A DNA stretch of 64,000 nucleotides. Origin: an uncultured Chloroflexia bacterium. GTDB lineage: Bacteria; Chloroflexota; Anaerolineae; CG2-30-64-16. The stretch is from the NCBI GenBank assembly GCA_963774265.1, contig CAVZDU010000001.1, forward strand, positions 1,248,001 to 1,312,000, written 5' to 3'. Every line of letters starts with the position of its first letter. Position 1 is the stretch's first letter. The notes beneath the pieces were generated by a model, which was not told the origin of the DNA, did no database searches, and worked only from the letters and a program-made list of their open reading frames with translations. The position numbers and the translations under genes are program-made. Below are positions 1 through 11,310 of the stretch, piece after piece.

Positions 1-507
1 CTCGGCGCCGTGGAGGGAATCGCGGCCCAAACGGGCGCAGCGGCGGCCCTGAAATGGCCCAACGATCTGTTGCTACGCGGCCGAAAACTCGGCGGCATGC
101 TGACAGAACTGGATACGGTGGGCGGACAGCTCAACTATGCCGTGCTTGGGCTGGGGCTAAACGTCAATGTGTCCTTCGACCAGCCCCTTGCGCCCGAGGC
201 ATTGGCTGAAACCGCGACGAGCCTGATGACGAGCACCGGCAACGAGATCGACCGGTTGGCGCTGCTCGCCGCGATACTTCAACGCACCGAGTATTGGTAC
301 GATCGGACATTACGCGGGGACTCGCCGCACGAGGCGTGGGCGCGGCGGCTGGACACCCTGAACCAGAGGGTCGCCGTTTCTCTGGTCGAGGGGAGAATGG
401 AGGGTGTGGCGACCGGTGTGACTCCAGAAGGGGGGCTGCTGGTGCGGGACGATGACGGAACGACACATACCGTGTGGAGCGGAGACGTGACGACAGTTCG
501 CAGCTGA
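1..507 (+). CDS. birA: Biotin--[acetyl-CoA-carboxylase] ligase, 5' truncated by the window edge
   Basis: KWPNDLLLRGRKLGGMLTE and LGLGLNVN motifs; C-terminal SH3-like G.L.V..DDG...VWSGDV. Confidence 0.93.
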   Translation, partial: LGAVEGIAAQTGAAAALKWPNDLLLRGRKLGGMLTELDTVGGQLNYAVLGLGLNVNVSFDQPLAPEALAETATSLMTSTGNEIDRLALLAAILQRTEYWYDRTLRGDSPHEAWARRLDTLNQRVAVSLVEGRMEGVATGVTPEGGLLVRDDDGTTHTVWSGDVTTVRS

Positions 508-512
508 AAGAA

Positions 513-550
513 AAACCAGGTCTCTCACGTAGAGACGAGACCTGGTTTCT
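513..550. repeat. AGAAACCxGGTTTCT-type palindromic repeat / bidirectional terminator between convergent genes
   Basis: aaaccaggtctc...gagacctggttt stem; related copies at ~3445-3482 and ~24759-24792. Confidence 0.65.
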
Positions 551-561
551 ATCGGCGACAC

Positions 562-2545
562 TCAGCTCGCTGGCCGATGGCACCCCTGACACGACTCAAT
601 TGTGCGCCCGGCGTGATTCGCGGGTGCAGGCTTGACTCCGCCTTCTGGAGCGTGACACGTCAGACAGTTGTCCCGGCCGGTCAGGTCATGCGGTATGGCC
701 GGGGCGGAGGTTTCTCCGGCGGCGGGGGTGACTTGTGGAGCCGCCTCCGGCGTCGTGGTTGGGGCAGCCCCACCCTCATCTGCCAGCTTGTGGCAGTTCG
801 TGCACATATCGACGGTGAAGGCGGTGTGGTTCTCGGGGAACGGTTTGATGGCTTCACGGCCGTGACATAACTGGCACTCTGCCACGCCCTCGAGTTGGTG
901 CGGAATGGTGGGCGCCGGGGCAGGTGCTGGCGTCTCGCCCTGTTGCCCATTTTCCTGCAACGCAGGCGTGTGGCAGCCGGCGCACATGTCGGTCGAGAAC
1001 GCAACATGGTTCTCCGGGAACGGCCGCACTTTGTCCGGGCCGTGGCAAAGCTTGCAATCCGCCGTAGCGCTAACCGGGTGCGGGATGGGGTTGGGCACGC
1101 CTGCCGACGGTTTCTCGGGTGGTGCAGAGAGTTCCCGGATCTCCGGGGCATTCAGCCCCGCATACTGCCATTCGGTGGCGTGACACGCGCTGTTGGCGCA
1201 AAAGCTGGTGTTGTCGCTGCCGCCGGGGTTGTCGATCGTGTGGCAATCGTCGCATGTGTCATCGAATCGGCCACGATGCTCCGCCAGCCAGGTGGTGCTG
1301 CGATGCGACTCCGGCTCGTTGGCCGGCTGCACGGCCGAAAGCGGCTGCAAGACCTGCCCCGGGCCGGCCACCTGCGGGACTGTATGGCAGACATTGCACT
1401 CCAGCCGAATCGCCTGGTTGTCACTGCTCAGGTGTTTGCCGTCGTGGCAGCGGAAGCAGCCGGGAAAATTCTTGTGGCCGATGTTGTTCTGATGGTTTTG
1501 CCACGTGACGCTCATGAATGGGAATTGGGAGCGGTCAAAAAGGTCTTGCAGAACGCTTACGGCGGTCTTCACCTCGGCCTCGCGCGCCGCATAAACATCG
1601 GGCAGCTCGTTCTTATAGTAGTCCTCAACCGCAGCGATAGCGGCAGCAGCTTCTTCCTCGGTCGCGTATTGCTGCTCCAGCACCTTCACGCCCTGGTCCT
1701 TGATGAAAGGAAGCTTGGGTAGCACGCCCTGGCTCAAGGCCTCATCAATCAATTCACCAGGCCGGCGGAAGTTGTGCGACGCGCGGTTGTGACAGTCAAC
1801 GCAGTCCATCTTGCGCTTTTCGTACTTGGCCAAGGCTTCCGGCGTGAGGTTGCTGTCTACGGACATGTACTCGGTGACCACGCCGTTGAACTCAGCCGAG
1901 TATCCACGGGATCTCCTGCCGGTCCTCGTCGATGGCGATGTAGTAGACGGGGTTGGCAATATGCCAGTGGATGCCGCGGCCCAGGCCCTCATTTGCGCGA
2001 CCGCCGCCGGTGCGGATGTTGAAGGCGATCTGTGTAAGACTGTTGTCCTGATCAGTCGCGTACTCGTTCTTGACCACAACGCGGTTGGCGTAGAATTTCT
2101 CGGGCCAGTGGCATTGTTCGCAGACCACTTCAACGGGCCGCAAGCTGTGGATGGGCGAGGGAATCGGTCTTTCGTAGTCACCCGTAGGGTATTTCCAAAC
2201 GTAACGCACGTTTGCTAGCTTGGCCTGGATAGCAGGCACTGCGCCCGGGCCAACGTGGCAGGTGCCGCATTGAGCCTGCGCGTGGGCCGAGTTGTGATAG
2301 GCGGTCACTTCGGGCTTCATCACGTGGCACAGCGAGCAAAAGGCCGTGGATTCCGTCCAGTGAAGCAGCTCGGTTGAAGCAATGAAGAATACCAGCAAGA
2401 AGCCGATGCCTGCCAGAATGGCGAGGACAATCGGCCAGCGTTTGCGCCTGCGACGGACGGGCGCGGCCGCGGTGGGAGTCTCAGAGAGGGCCTCGACCGG
2501 GACATCAGGCGCAATCTCAGACTCAGGCGGGTTGAGTTGGGTCAT
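562..2545 (-). CDS. Membrane-anchored multiheme cytochrome c: NapC/NirT-type N-terminus plus three C-terminal diheme repeats; one frameshift near 1895-1905
   Basis: Joins ORFs 1892..2605 and 562..2181. ATG 2545 with GGAGGAG RBS; RRRRKRW followed by a TM helix; TESTAFCSLCH; 13 CxxCH plus one CX4CH (CANSACH). Confidence 0.88.
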
Positions 2546-2674
2546 TTCTCCTCCAGTGGTTAGCGGGACAGTGGGATGAGATCGACCGGTCACTATTAAA
2601 TTCACCCATTAAAGGGGACGCCCGTAGTATACTCGTGGATCGTGAGGGCGTCAACGGCGCACGCGAATCACCTT

Positions 2675-2736
2675 AGGTGCCCGGGACTTGCGATCCCGCG
2701 ACCAGGTGCCCGGCACCTCGGAGGTGCCGGGCACCT
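2675..2736. repeat. GTGCCCGGCAC-family REP-like cluster
   Basis: aggtgcccgggac..., aggtgcccggcacctcggaggtgccgggcacct; same family at ~31959, 34054, 40416, 41040, 42359, 47958, 61757. Confidence 0.8.
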
Positions 2737-2738
2737 GC

Positions 2739-3425
2739 TTACGCCTCTTCCGGCTCAGGCTCGCCGACTACTGCGGCAACGGCCCTTTCCCAGGCGACCG
2801 TCTCGGCCTCGGTCACCGGCTCGGATCGGAACCGGTAATCGTGTTTGCGGATCAATTCGTCCAGCTCGCCGCGCAGCCGGCTCCAGGCCTCGGCTTGCCA
2901 GCCCGCCAGCTCCTTGACGGCGGCCTGGCTGGCGTGGCTGATCGTGATCTGGAAATGGGGGAGACAAAGGCCACCGGCCTTGCGGTACGCGTCCGCAATC
3001 GCGTTATCGCCCACATGGTTCAAGAGGATCTTCGCCGAGCGATGCTCTGCATCCTGCTCCAGCAAGCACGCGGGACAATCAGCCGAAGGGGCCAGTGCAC
3101 GGTCAAGGTCGGGCTGTCCCCGGCGGAATAGTCGGGAGGGGAGATCGGCATTCGCCTCCAAAACTTTCACCAGCGTATTGATCACGTCGCGGTAGATGAT
3201 GGCCGTGCCGAGTACTGCACCGCGCCGCCCGGCCATCCGCCAAGCGTGACGCTCGCACAGGCCGCGGGCATCGCGTAGCGCCTCGCGCAGCTTGACATCG
3301 GTCACTCCTTCATAGATCAGGGCGCGGAAGTAGCTGTCGCTTGCGCGGCGCGCGAGCCGGCAGATCGGACAGCCCTCTGCATGCAGCGATTCAAGCAACT
3401 CGTGATACAGCACATCTTCAGCCAT
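2739..3425 (-). CDS. DUF6062-like Cys/His zinc-binding protein
   Basis: Two internal repeats, CPIC...GLCERH and CPAC...GLCLPH; C-terminal ELDELIRKHDYRF. Confidence 0.7.
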   Translation of the reverse strand: MAEDVLYHELLESLHAEGCPICRLARRASDSYFRALIYEGVTDVKLREALRDARGLCERHAWRMAGRRGAVLGTAIIYRDVINTLVKVLEANADLPSRLFRRGQPDLDRALAPSADCPACLLEQDAEHRSAKILLNHVGDNAIADAYRKAGGLCLPHFQITISHASQAAVKELAGWQAEAWSRLRGELDELIRKHDYRFRSEPVTEAETVAWERAVAAVVGEPEPEEA

Positions 3426-3501
3426 CGATGCCTCAATTGGAAAAGAAACCAGGTTTCCGCTTCAGGCGAGAAACCTGGTTTGTGCCTGCAGTCAAGAGCC
3501 T

Positions 3502-4839
<1,338 letters not shown>

Positions 4840-4841
4840 TC

Positions 4842-4851
4842 ATTATAGCAC
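4842..4851 (-). promoter_or_regulatory. Extended -10 element (TGcTATAAT) upstream of eno
   Basis: Reverse complement of attatagcac reads gTGcTATAAT, ~55 nt before the eno ATG. Confidence 0.6.
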
Positions 4852-4875
4852 AGGTGCGAAGCCGCAAAGAAGTTC

Positions 4876-6316
4876 GGTAGTGTATCCCGATCGGTTGAAA
4901 TTCGTCTGAGGGTGGAAACCTGGTAAGGTCAGGTTACAACACCAATACCACGCCAGGAGACCACCCCGATGCGCAGCGTACTCCCGGAATGCCGGCATGT
5001 CAACGGGCATGCTTTGATCGAAGGAGCCATTGCGGAGGCTCATCACCACCTGCTCAACCAAATCGGGCACGGGATCGGCGAGCGTTTGTACGCCGCGGCC
5101 GAATACGTCTTGGGCCGGGCGCCCTACGTGCGGCGGGGCCACGTGGCCAACAGTCTGGAACAGACCCGTGCGTGCCCCAAGTGCCACACCGTGCAGAGCC
5201 AGCGGTTCAGTCGCAACGGCAGCCGGCCGCGCCATTTGCTGACCCGCTGGGGCGAAGTGCCGCTGCGCTGGCCCCGCTTCGTCTGTGAGTGCGGCGGCAG
5301 CATCACCCTCGATCTGGATGATTGGCTGGCGCCCTACCAGCGCATTGGCAGCGATGTCGACGCTCAAATTCAACGCTGGGGCGCCCTGAGTATCAGCCTG
5401 CGCGAGATGCAGGGCGAACTGACGCATAGCTATATGGGCGTGTTGGGCCAACGCACCCTGCTCCAGCGCTTACACCAACTCCAGCAGCTCACCCCGGGCG
5501 CCGATGAGCGGCCCACGCCGCCGATCGTGCAGTTCGACGCCATCTGGTTCACGCAACTGTGTGCGACCGGGCAGTGGCGCACCGACCGTAAGGGTCGCAA
5601 GCGCGCCGTCAAGGGCCGCCGGAAGCGCTGCCTCCTGATTGCGTTAGGCGTCTGGCCGGAAACCGGCCGCCAGGAGATCCTGGCCTGGCGGCTGGCCGAC
5701 AGCGAAGATGCCGAAAGCTGGCTCGCCTTTCTCAGTGAACTGGAAGCCCAAGGCTTGCGCGGCGAACTGGGCCTGGAATTGATCATTCATGATGGCGGCA
5801 GTGGTCTATGCGCCGCACTCACCACCATCCACTTTGACGCCATCGAGCAACGCTGCCTCTTCCATAAGCTCCGCAACATCTGGCAAGCCATTCGCATCGC
5901 CGACGATTTGCCCGCAGCTGAACGGCGCCGCCAGCGCCGGGCGATCTACCGCGATTTCGTCGCCATCTTTCAGGCCAAACAGCGTGCCACCGTCTTGCGC
6001 CGCGCCCTCAAGGTGCTGCAGAAATATCGCAACACCCAACCCGATGCTGTGGCCACGCTCCGGCGCAACTTCCGCGCCACCGTGGCTTACTTCCTCCTGC
6101 AAGAACGCCATCCCACCTGGCGCCGCAGCTTTCTCCGCACAACCAGCCGGCTCGAACGCTTCAATCGCTGCCTGCGCCGCCGCATTCGGAGCGCCAACGC
6201 CTACCATTCCGATGCTGGCGTCTTGGCCATGATCGCACAGGAGGTGGATCGCAAGTTCATCCTACCTGCCATGCGCAAGTTCAACACACACTTCCAACCG
6301 AAAGCGATACACTAAC
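4876..6316 (+). mobile_element. IS256/Mutator-like insertion sequence, 1441 bp
   Basis: Imperfect ~25-bp terminal IRs (GGTAGTGTATCCCGATCGGTTGAAA; right end reverse complement GTTAGTGTATCGCTTTCGGTTGGAA). Perfect 9-bp flanking duplication AAGAAGTTC at 4867-4875 and 6317-6325. Confidence 0.92.
4969..6315 (+). CDS. IS256-family DDE transposase
   Basis: FDAIW, IIHDGGSGL, QRCLFHKLRN, RTTSRLERFNRCLRRR; CPKC/CEC zinc ribbon. Confidence 0.9.
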   Translation: MRSVLPECRHVNGHALIEGAIAEAHHHLLNQIGHGIGERLYAAAEYVLGRAPYVRRGHVANSLEQTRACPKCHTVQSQRFSRNGSRPRHLLTRWGEVPLRWPRFVCECGGSITLDLDDWLAPYQRIGSDVDAQIQRWGALSISLREMQGELTHSYMGVLGQRTLLQRLHQLQQLTPGADERPTPPIVQFDAIWFTQLCATGQWRTDRKGRKRAVKGRRKRCLLIALGVWPETGRQEILAWRLADSEDAESWLAFLSELEAQGLRGELGLELIIHDGGSGLCAALTTIHFDAIEQRCLFHKLRNIWQAIRIADDLPAAERRRQRRAIYRDFVAIFQAKQRATVLRRALKVLQKYRNTQPDAVATLRRNFRATVAYFLLQERHPTWRRSFLRTTSRLERFNRCLRRRIRSANAYHSDAGVLAMIAQEVDRKFILPAMRKFNTHFQPKAIH

Positions 6317-6347
6317 AAGAAGTTCACGAGGAAGTGCCGGCATCACT

Positions 6348-8433
6348 TCACTTTTGTCTCAACAGGCGCGCGGAGTTGCCCAGGATGCCCAGATCCGGGA
6401 TTGATTGCGCCGCGGCGGCGAGTATTGGTGGGAGGATGCCGAACGCGGCAAGCGACACCCCGACGATGTTGTAGATCGTCGTGAACGCCAGATTCAGCTT
6501 CACGACCCTCATGGTGCGCCGGGCGATACGGAAGAGCTCGGGCACCAGCCGCCAGTCCTCGCGCATCAACGAGACATGGGCTGCTTCCACCGCCACGGCA
6601 GAGCCAGCCACGGCCATCGCGACGCCGACGTCGGCCTGCGCCAGCGCGGGTGCATCGTTCACCCCGTCGCCGATCATCACTACCTTGTTGCCCTGTGCCT
6701 GGTACTCGGACACGATGCGGATCTTGTCCTCAGGCAGGAGATTGGCGCGGTGGTCGATGCCCAGTTGCTCTGCCAGCGCCCTAGCGGTTTGTTCGTTGTC
6801 GCCGGTCAATAACTCGATGCGTTTGATCCCCATCTCTCTCAGCGCAGCCAATGCCTCGGGGACCTCGCTACGCAACGTGTCTGACGCTGCCAATACCCCG
6901 GCCGGCTGGCCGTCGATGGAGACATACAATGTGGTGGCGCCATTGTGGTTCAGGCTGGGCCAGCCCGTGTCTCCGACAAATGTCCGGTTGCCCACCACGA
7001 CGCGGCGGCCGTCGATGGTCGCTCGCACGCCCTGGCCTGGCAGCGACTCGAAATCGGTTGGCTCTGCCAGCGCCAGGCCGTGGCGCGCGGCCGCCACGCG
7101 CACTGCCTGCGCGAGCGGATGTTCCGAGTAACGCTCGGCCGAGGCGGCGTAGCGCAGCAGACAGTCACGGTCGCATACACCATCAACCTGTGCGATTTCT
7201 GCAATGCGCGGCTGGCCGAGGGTCAGGGTGCCCGTCTTGTCGATGAGTAATACGTCGGCCTTTGCCAGAATCTCAATATACTGTCCCCCCTTGATCAGGA
7301 GGCCGCGGCGCGCCGCTGCGCCGATGGATGCGAGCATTGCGATGGGGGTGGCCAGGGCAAAAGAGCACGAGCAGGCGACGACGAGCACGGCCGCGGTGGC
7401 CAGTGGGTTGCGGCTGGCGATGAAGGTCAGCGCGGCGATGAAGGCCACGATCGGCAAGTAAACGCCGGAGAAGCGATCGGCCAGGGTCTGCACCCGGCCG
7501 CGGTCGCGCTTCGGCCTCCTCGACCAGCCGCACGACCTTGCCAAACGTGGCTTCGCGCCCCACACGGGTCGCGCGAATCCGCAGGTGGCCGAGCTGCGCG
7601 ATGGTCGCGGCGTAGACCGTGCTGCCGGGGCCCGCGTCCACCGGCATGGACTCGCCCGTGATGGCGGCCTGGTTGATCGTCGCGTGGCCATCCAGCACCT
7701 CACCATCCACCGGGATCTGTTCACCGGGCCGAACGATGACGATCTCACCGGGTTGCACCTGACCGGCCGGGATCTCCAACTCAGCCCCATCGCGCACGAC
7801 GCGCGCGATGGCCGGCGCCAGGGCAGCCAGATCCTTGACTGCGCGGCGCGCTCGCTCGGTGGTGAACCGCTCCACGAAGTCACCGACGTGCATGAGAAAG
7901 ACGACGACCAGTGCGGTGGCCCATTGGCCGACGATGAGCGCCGCGATGACGCCCAGGGTCATCAAGTGGTGAGCGACGATCTGGCGGCGCAGGGTGGCGC
8001 GCCAGACGTTGCGGAAAACGGTGAATCCGGCTATGAGGACCAGCGCGACGCCGATGGGGAGGGGCACACGCTCGGTGAGCCGATCGAACAGACCCAGCCA
8101 CTCGCCTGCGACGATGACGAACAGGACGAAGCCCACGACCGCGGCCAGGATCACGCCTATGCGGCGGACAAAGCCGCGCTCGGCCGCATAGGGCGCGGCT
8201 GCGATCGTATCTGCGTTCTCCGGCACGGTGTAGCCAGCCCGGGCAACGGCCGCGCGAATCGCGACGAGGGTCACCTGGCTCGGGTCAAGTTGGACGGTCG
8301 CCCGTTCCGAGGCCAGATAGACCTCGACCGTCTGTACGCCGGGCAAGCCCGCGATGGCATGCCGCACGTGCTGCGTGCATTCTGCGCAGTCCATTCCGCT
8401 GACGGGGATGTCGATGGTTTTCAGTTCAGCCAT
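6348..8433 (-). CDS. Heavy-metal P1B-type ATPase with N-terminal HMA domain; frameshift near 7505
   Basis: GMDCAEC, TGES, transmembrane CSC motif, DKTGTLT, SEHPLA, GDGVNDAPALA; joins ORFs 7273..8475 and 6348..7883. Confidence 0.92.
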
Positions 8434-8439
8434 GGGGGG

Positions 8440-8448
8440 ATTATAGCA
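8440..8448 (-). promoter_or_regulatory. Extended -10 (TGcTATAAT) 6 nt before the ATPase ATG; likely leaderless transcript
   Basis: Minus strand reads gTGcTATAATccccccATG; no Shine-Dalgarno sequence. Confidence 0.65.
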
Positions 8449-8473
8449 CGACTTTATAAACAAATCATTTTTC

Positions 8474-8512
8474 AAAGTAAAAGAAACGGGCGCCCTGGAA
8501 GAGCGCCCGTTT
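8474..8512 (-). terminator. Intrinsic terminator of the decaheme cytochrome gene
   Basis: Stem aaacgggcgc/gcgcccgttt followed on the minus strand by cttttacttt. Confidence 0.6.
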
Positions 8513-8521
8513 GCCGTGCGG

Positions 8522-8549
8522 GTAGGGGCGACCGGCCGGTCGCCCCTAC
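8522..8549. repeat. GTAG-type REP palindrome GTAGGGGCGACCGGCCGGTCGCCCCTAC
   Basis: Perfect 28-bp palindrome; near-identical copy at 15967-15994; at least 9 further related copies in the window. Confidence 0.9.
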
Positions 8550-8559
8550 GGTGGTGTCG

Positions 8560-10864
8560 TTACTTCTTGACTTCGGGGCGAACCAGGCCGGTCATGTCGA
8601 CCTTGATGCCACCCTTGCCCAGATCTTCCAGCGAGTCGTAGAGGATCTGGCCGGCGTACTTCGGGTTGTGCGCGAAGAGGCCCGGATCCTTCTGGACGTA
8701 CTGGTAGTTGTACGCGGCCTTGCAGCAGGCGCGGCGTCCACTCGGTGTAGCGCTTGTCGCTCGCGTCGTCCTTCCTTGCCGTTGCCATTGGCATCAGCGA
8801 AGAAGTACGGATTGGCGCCCGGGTCGTAGGCGATGGGCGTCTTGGCGACGTCCTTGGCGTAGTCCTGGATCGCTGCGTAGAGCTTCTCTTCCAGCGCCGC
8901 GATCTCGGCCGCGATCGCCTTCCTTCACGTCCTTGTCACCGTCGATATCGTCCTTGGAGTCATGCGGATGTCCTGCGGGCGTCTTGACGCCGGCATGGCA
9001 GGTGACGCACTTGTCGAGGTCCAGACCCAGCTCGTGCGTGTTGTGGCAGCCGGTGCAGGTGTCGAAGCCCGGCACGTGCGCGTTGCGGCCCGACGTACTC
9101 CTTGCCGGCGTACTGGTACGCAACCTGCGCATCATTGCCGAACAGCGAGGCGCCCGCAGCGAAGTAGTGCACGTTCGCGAAGCGTGAGCTTCGTCTCGGG
9201 CACCTTGTCGTCCTCGTCCTTGCCGATCCGGGCGTTCATCGCTGGCCGTAGACTGGCGGCCCTGGTGGCATTCCAGACACAGGTTGGCTGCCACCGGCTT
9301 GCAGGTTGCCCTTGTCATCCTTCTCGGTGCTGAAGGTGACGCTCTTGCCGCTGGGGAACGGCACGCTGGTGACCGGGTAGCACGGTGAACTTGGTCAGGT
9401 CGTCGTGGCAGGTGGTGCAGGCGAAGCCGTTGGCAGGCTCGGCTTCGACGACGCCGGTCGTCACGACCGAGCCATGCCGGTCACAGCCACCGTGCCGCCG
9501 TTCTCGAGGAACTGCGGCAGGCCGTCGGCCGAATGGCACTTGGCGCAGCCGGCCGGCACCACGCCCTCCGCATCCCAATCGCGGAACGCCATCGGCGGTG
9601 CCGTCGAAGTGGCCGACGTCGTTGCGGACGGCCTTCGCGATGTCGACCGGCTTGGCCAGCTTGGTGTTCAGGTCCGCGATCGAGTCGTGCTGGAGCTGGA
9701 TGACGTACTTCGCGTTGTGCGCGAACTTGCCCGGATCCTTGGTCGCGACCTGGTAGTTGTAGGCGGCCTTCAGCAGGCGCGGGGTCCAGGTGCTGTAGGC
9801 ACTTCTCGCCCGTCATCGACCTTGCCGTTGCCGTTCTTGTCCGCGAAGAAGTACGGGTAGGCGGCTGGGTCGTAGACGATGTCGGCCTTGGCGACTTCCT
9901 TGGCATACGCCTTGATGGCGGCCAGCAGCTTCTCCTGCAGGCCCGCCATCTCCGCCTCGATGCCTTCCTTCGCATCGCCGTCGCCGTCGTAGTCCACCAG
10001 CGAGCCGTTCATGCGGATCTTGGCGAGATCCTCGACCGTCTTGACGCCCGTCATGGCAGGTGGCGCATGCTTCGACGTTCGAGTTCGAGCGTGTGCGGGT
10101 TGTGGCAGCCGTTGCAGGTGTCGTACGGCGCCGGATGCTGGAACTTGCCGTCGTAGCGACTGGCCGTCGTACTCGTAGCCGCCCTTGACCAGGGTGCCGT
10201 ACTGCGTGGCCGCGGCCGCGAAGTAGTGGACGTTGCGGAAGCCGAAGGTCGTGGTGACGGTCTTGCCGGTCGCGTCCGTTGTCACGAGCGGCTTGACGAC
10301 GGTGTCTTCAGTCCGCTGTCGGTGAGCTTGAAGGTGTCGGTGATCTGTTTGTCCACGCTGAGCTTGGACTCGCGGCCCTGGTGGCATTCCATACAGCGGG
10401 ATTCGTCGCCCAGGTTCGTGAGCTCGACGCCCGACGGGAAGATGACGCTGGTCTTGTCGATGGTGACCGGTGTTGTGGCAGGCGACGCAGTCGATCACGG
10501 TGTTGACCGCTGCAGGCTTGTCAACCTTGCCGGCCGCGCTGCCGTCGGCGCCCAGGAAGTCCTGGTAGCCGCCGGAGCTGTGGCACTTGGCGCAGGTCGC
10601 GGGGACTGCCTGCGGATCGGTCTCATCCCAATGGCGGAACGCCATCGCCTTCGCGTCGGCGTGGGGTGAAGCCTGCCAGTCCTTCAAGGCTGGAACGACC
10701 GGGTTGGCGGTGTCTACCACCACCTCGGCTTTCGGCGCCGGGGTAGCGGTCGCCGTTTGGACAGATGGCGCTGCCCCCTGTTCTGCGTACGCGACGACGA
10801 AAAGCACGCCGACGAGCAACGCGACAACGGCCAGGGCAACGGCCAGTTTGGCCCAGTGCTTCAT
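8560..10864 (-). CDS. Secreted or membrane-anchored decaheme cytochrome c made of two tandem pentaheme units; multiple frameshifts
   Basis: Signal/TM MKHWAKLAVALAVV. Hemes read across frames: CAKCH, CVACH, CMECH, CNGCH, CATCH, then CAKCH, CTTCH, CLECH, CTGCH, CVTCH. Both units share HYFAA, YNYQ..KDPG.FAHN.KY. Stop at ...RPEVKK TAA 8560-8562. Confidence 0.82.
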
Positions 10865-11310
10865 GGTTCCTCCTTAGAGTGAAGCATACACTACATACAC
10901 TAAATCGATACGAGATTGTGCGGTCTGCATACGGTGTTGGTGTCTCTGGTTGGGGTCACCTCCTGGCTAATGACGGGTGCATCCAGTCGCCGCGGAGCCC
11001 CGGGACAGAGGCTGTCTCATGAGATCGGCTACCTTGGGTTGCACCTGGCAATGGACCGCTCGGCTGGCGGCAGCCCCCAATCACGCGGCCATGGGACATC
11101 GGCCTAAGAATGGGGTGCGACACATGCTACACTATGTCCTCGCGTTACACAAACTGACGCAAGTGCCAAAAGGCACGTGTCAAGGGGCATATGAGGAAAA
11201 TCATTCCGAACCCAGCCGATGAGGCGTAGAATTGGGAGTATCTCGCGGCTGCGCAGGGTCCTGTGACCGGTGCGGCCGTTTTTCTCATAGACGGACGCTT
11301 CAGGAGCAGC

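Noticed and set aside
8560-10864. Annotating the decaheme protein as nrfA, or as an MtrA/OmcS-type conduit
   Set aside because: No CxxCK motif, no nrfH or porin gene adjacent, and I could not match the heme spacing to those families by eye.
10865-11310. Possible riboswitch (e.g. c-di-GMP) or small ORF upstream of the decaheme cytochrome; AGGAGGTG on the minus strand near 10955-10964
   Set aside because: I could not match a known aptamer consensus, and no start codon is suitably spaced from the SD-like motif. An Infernal scan is needed to exclude it.
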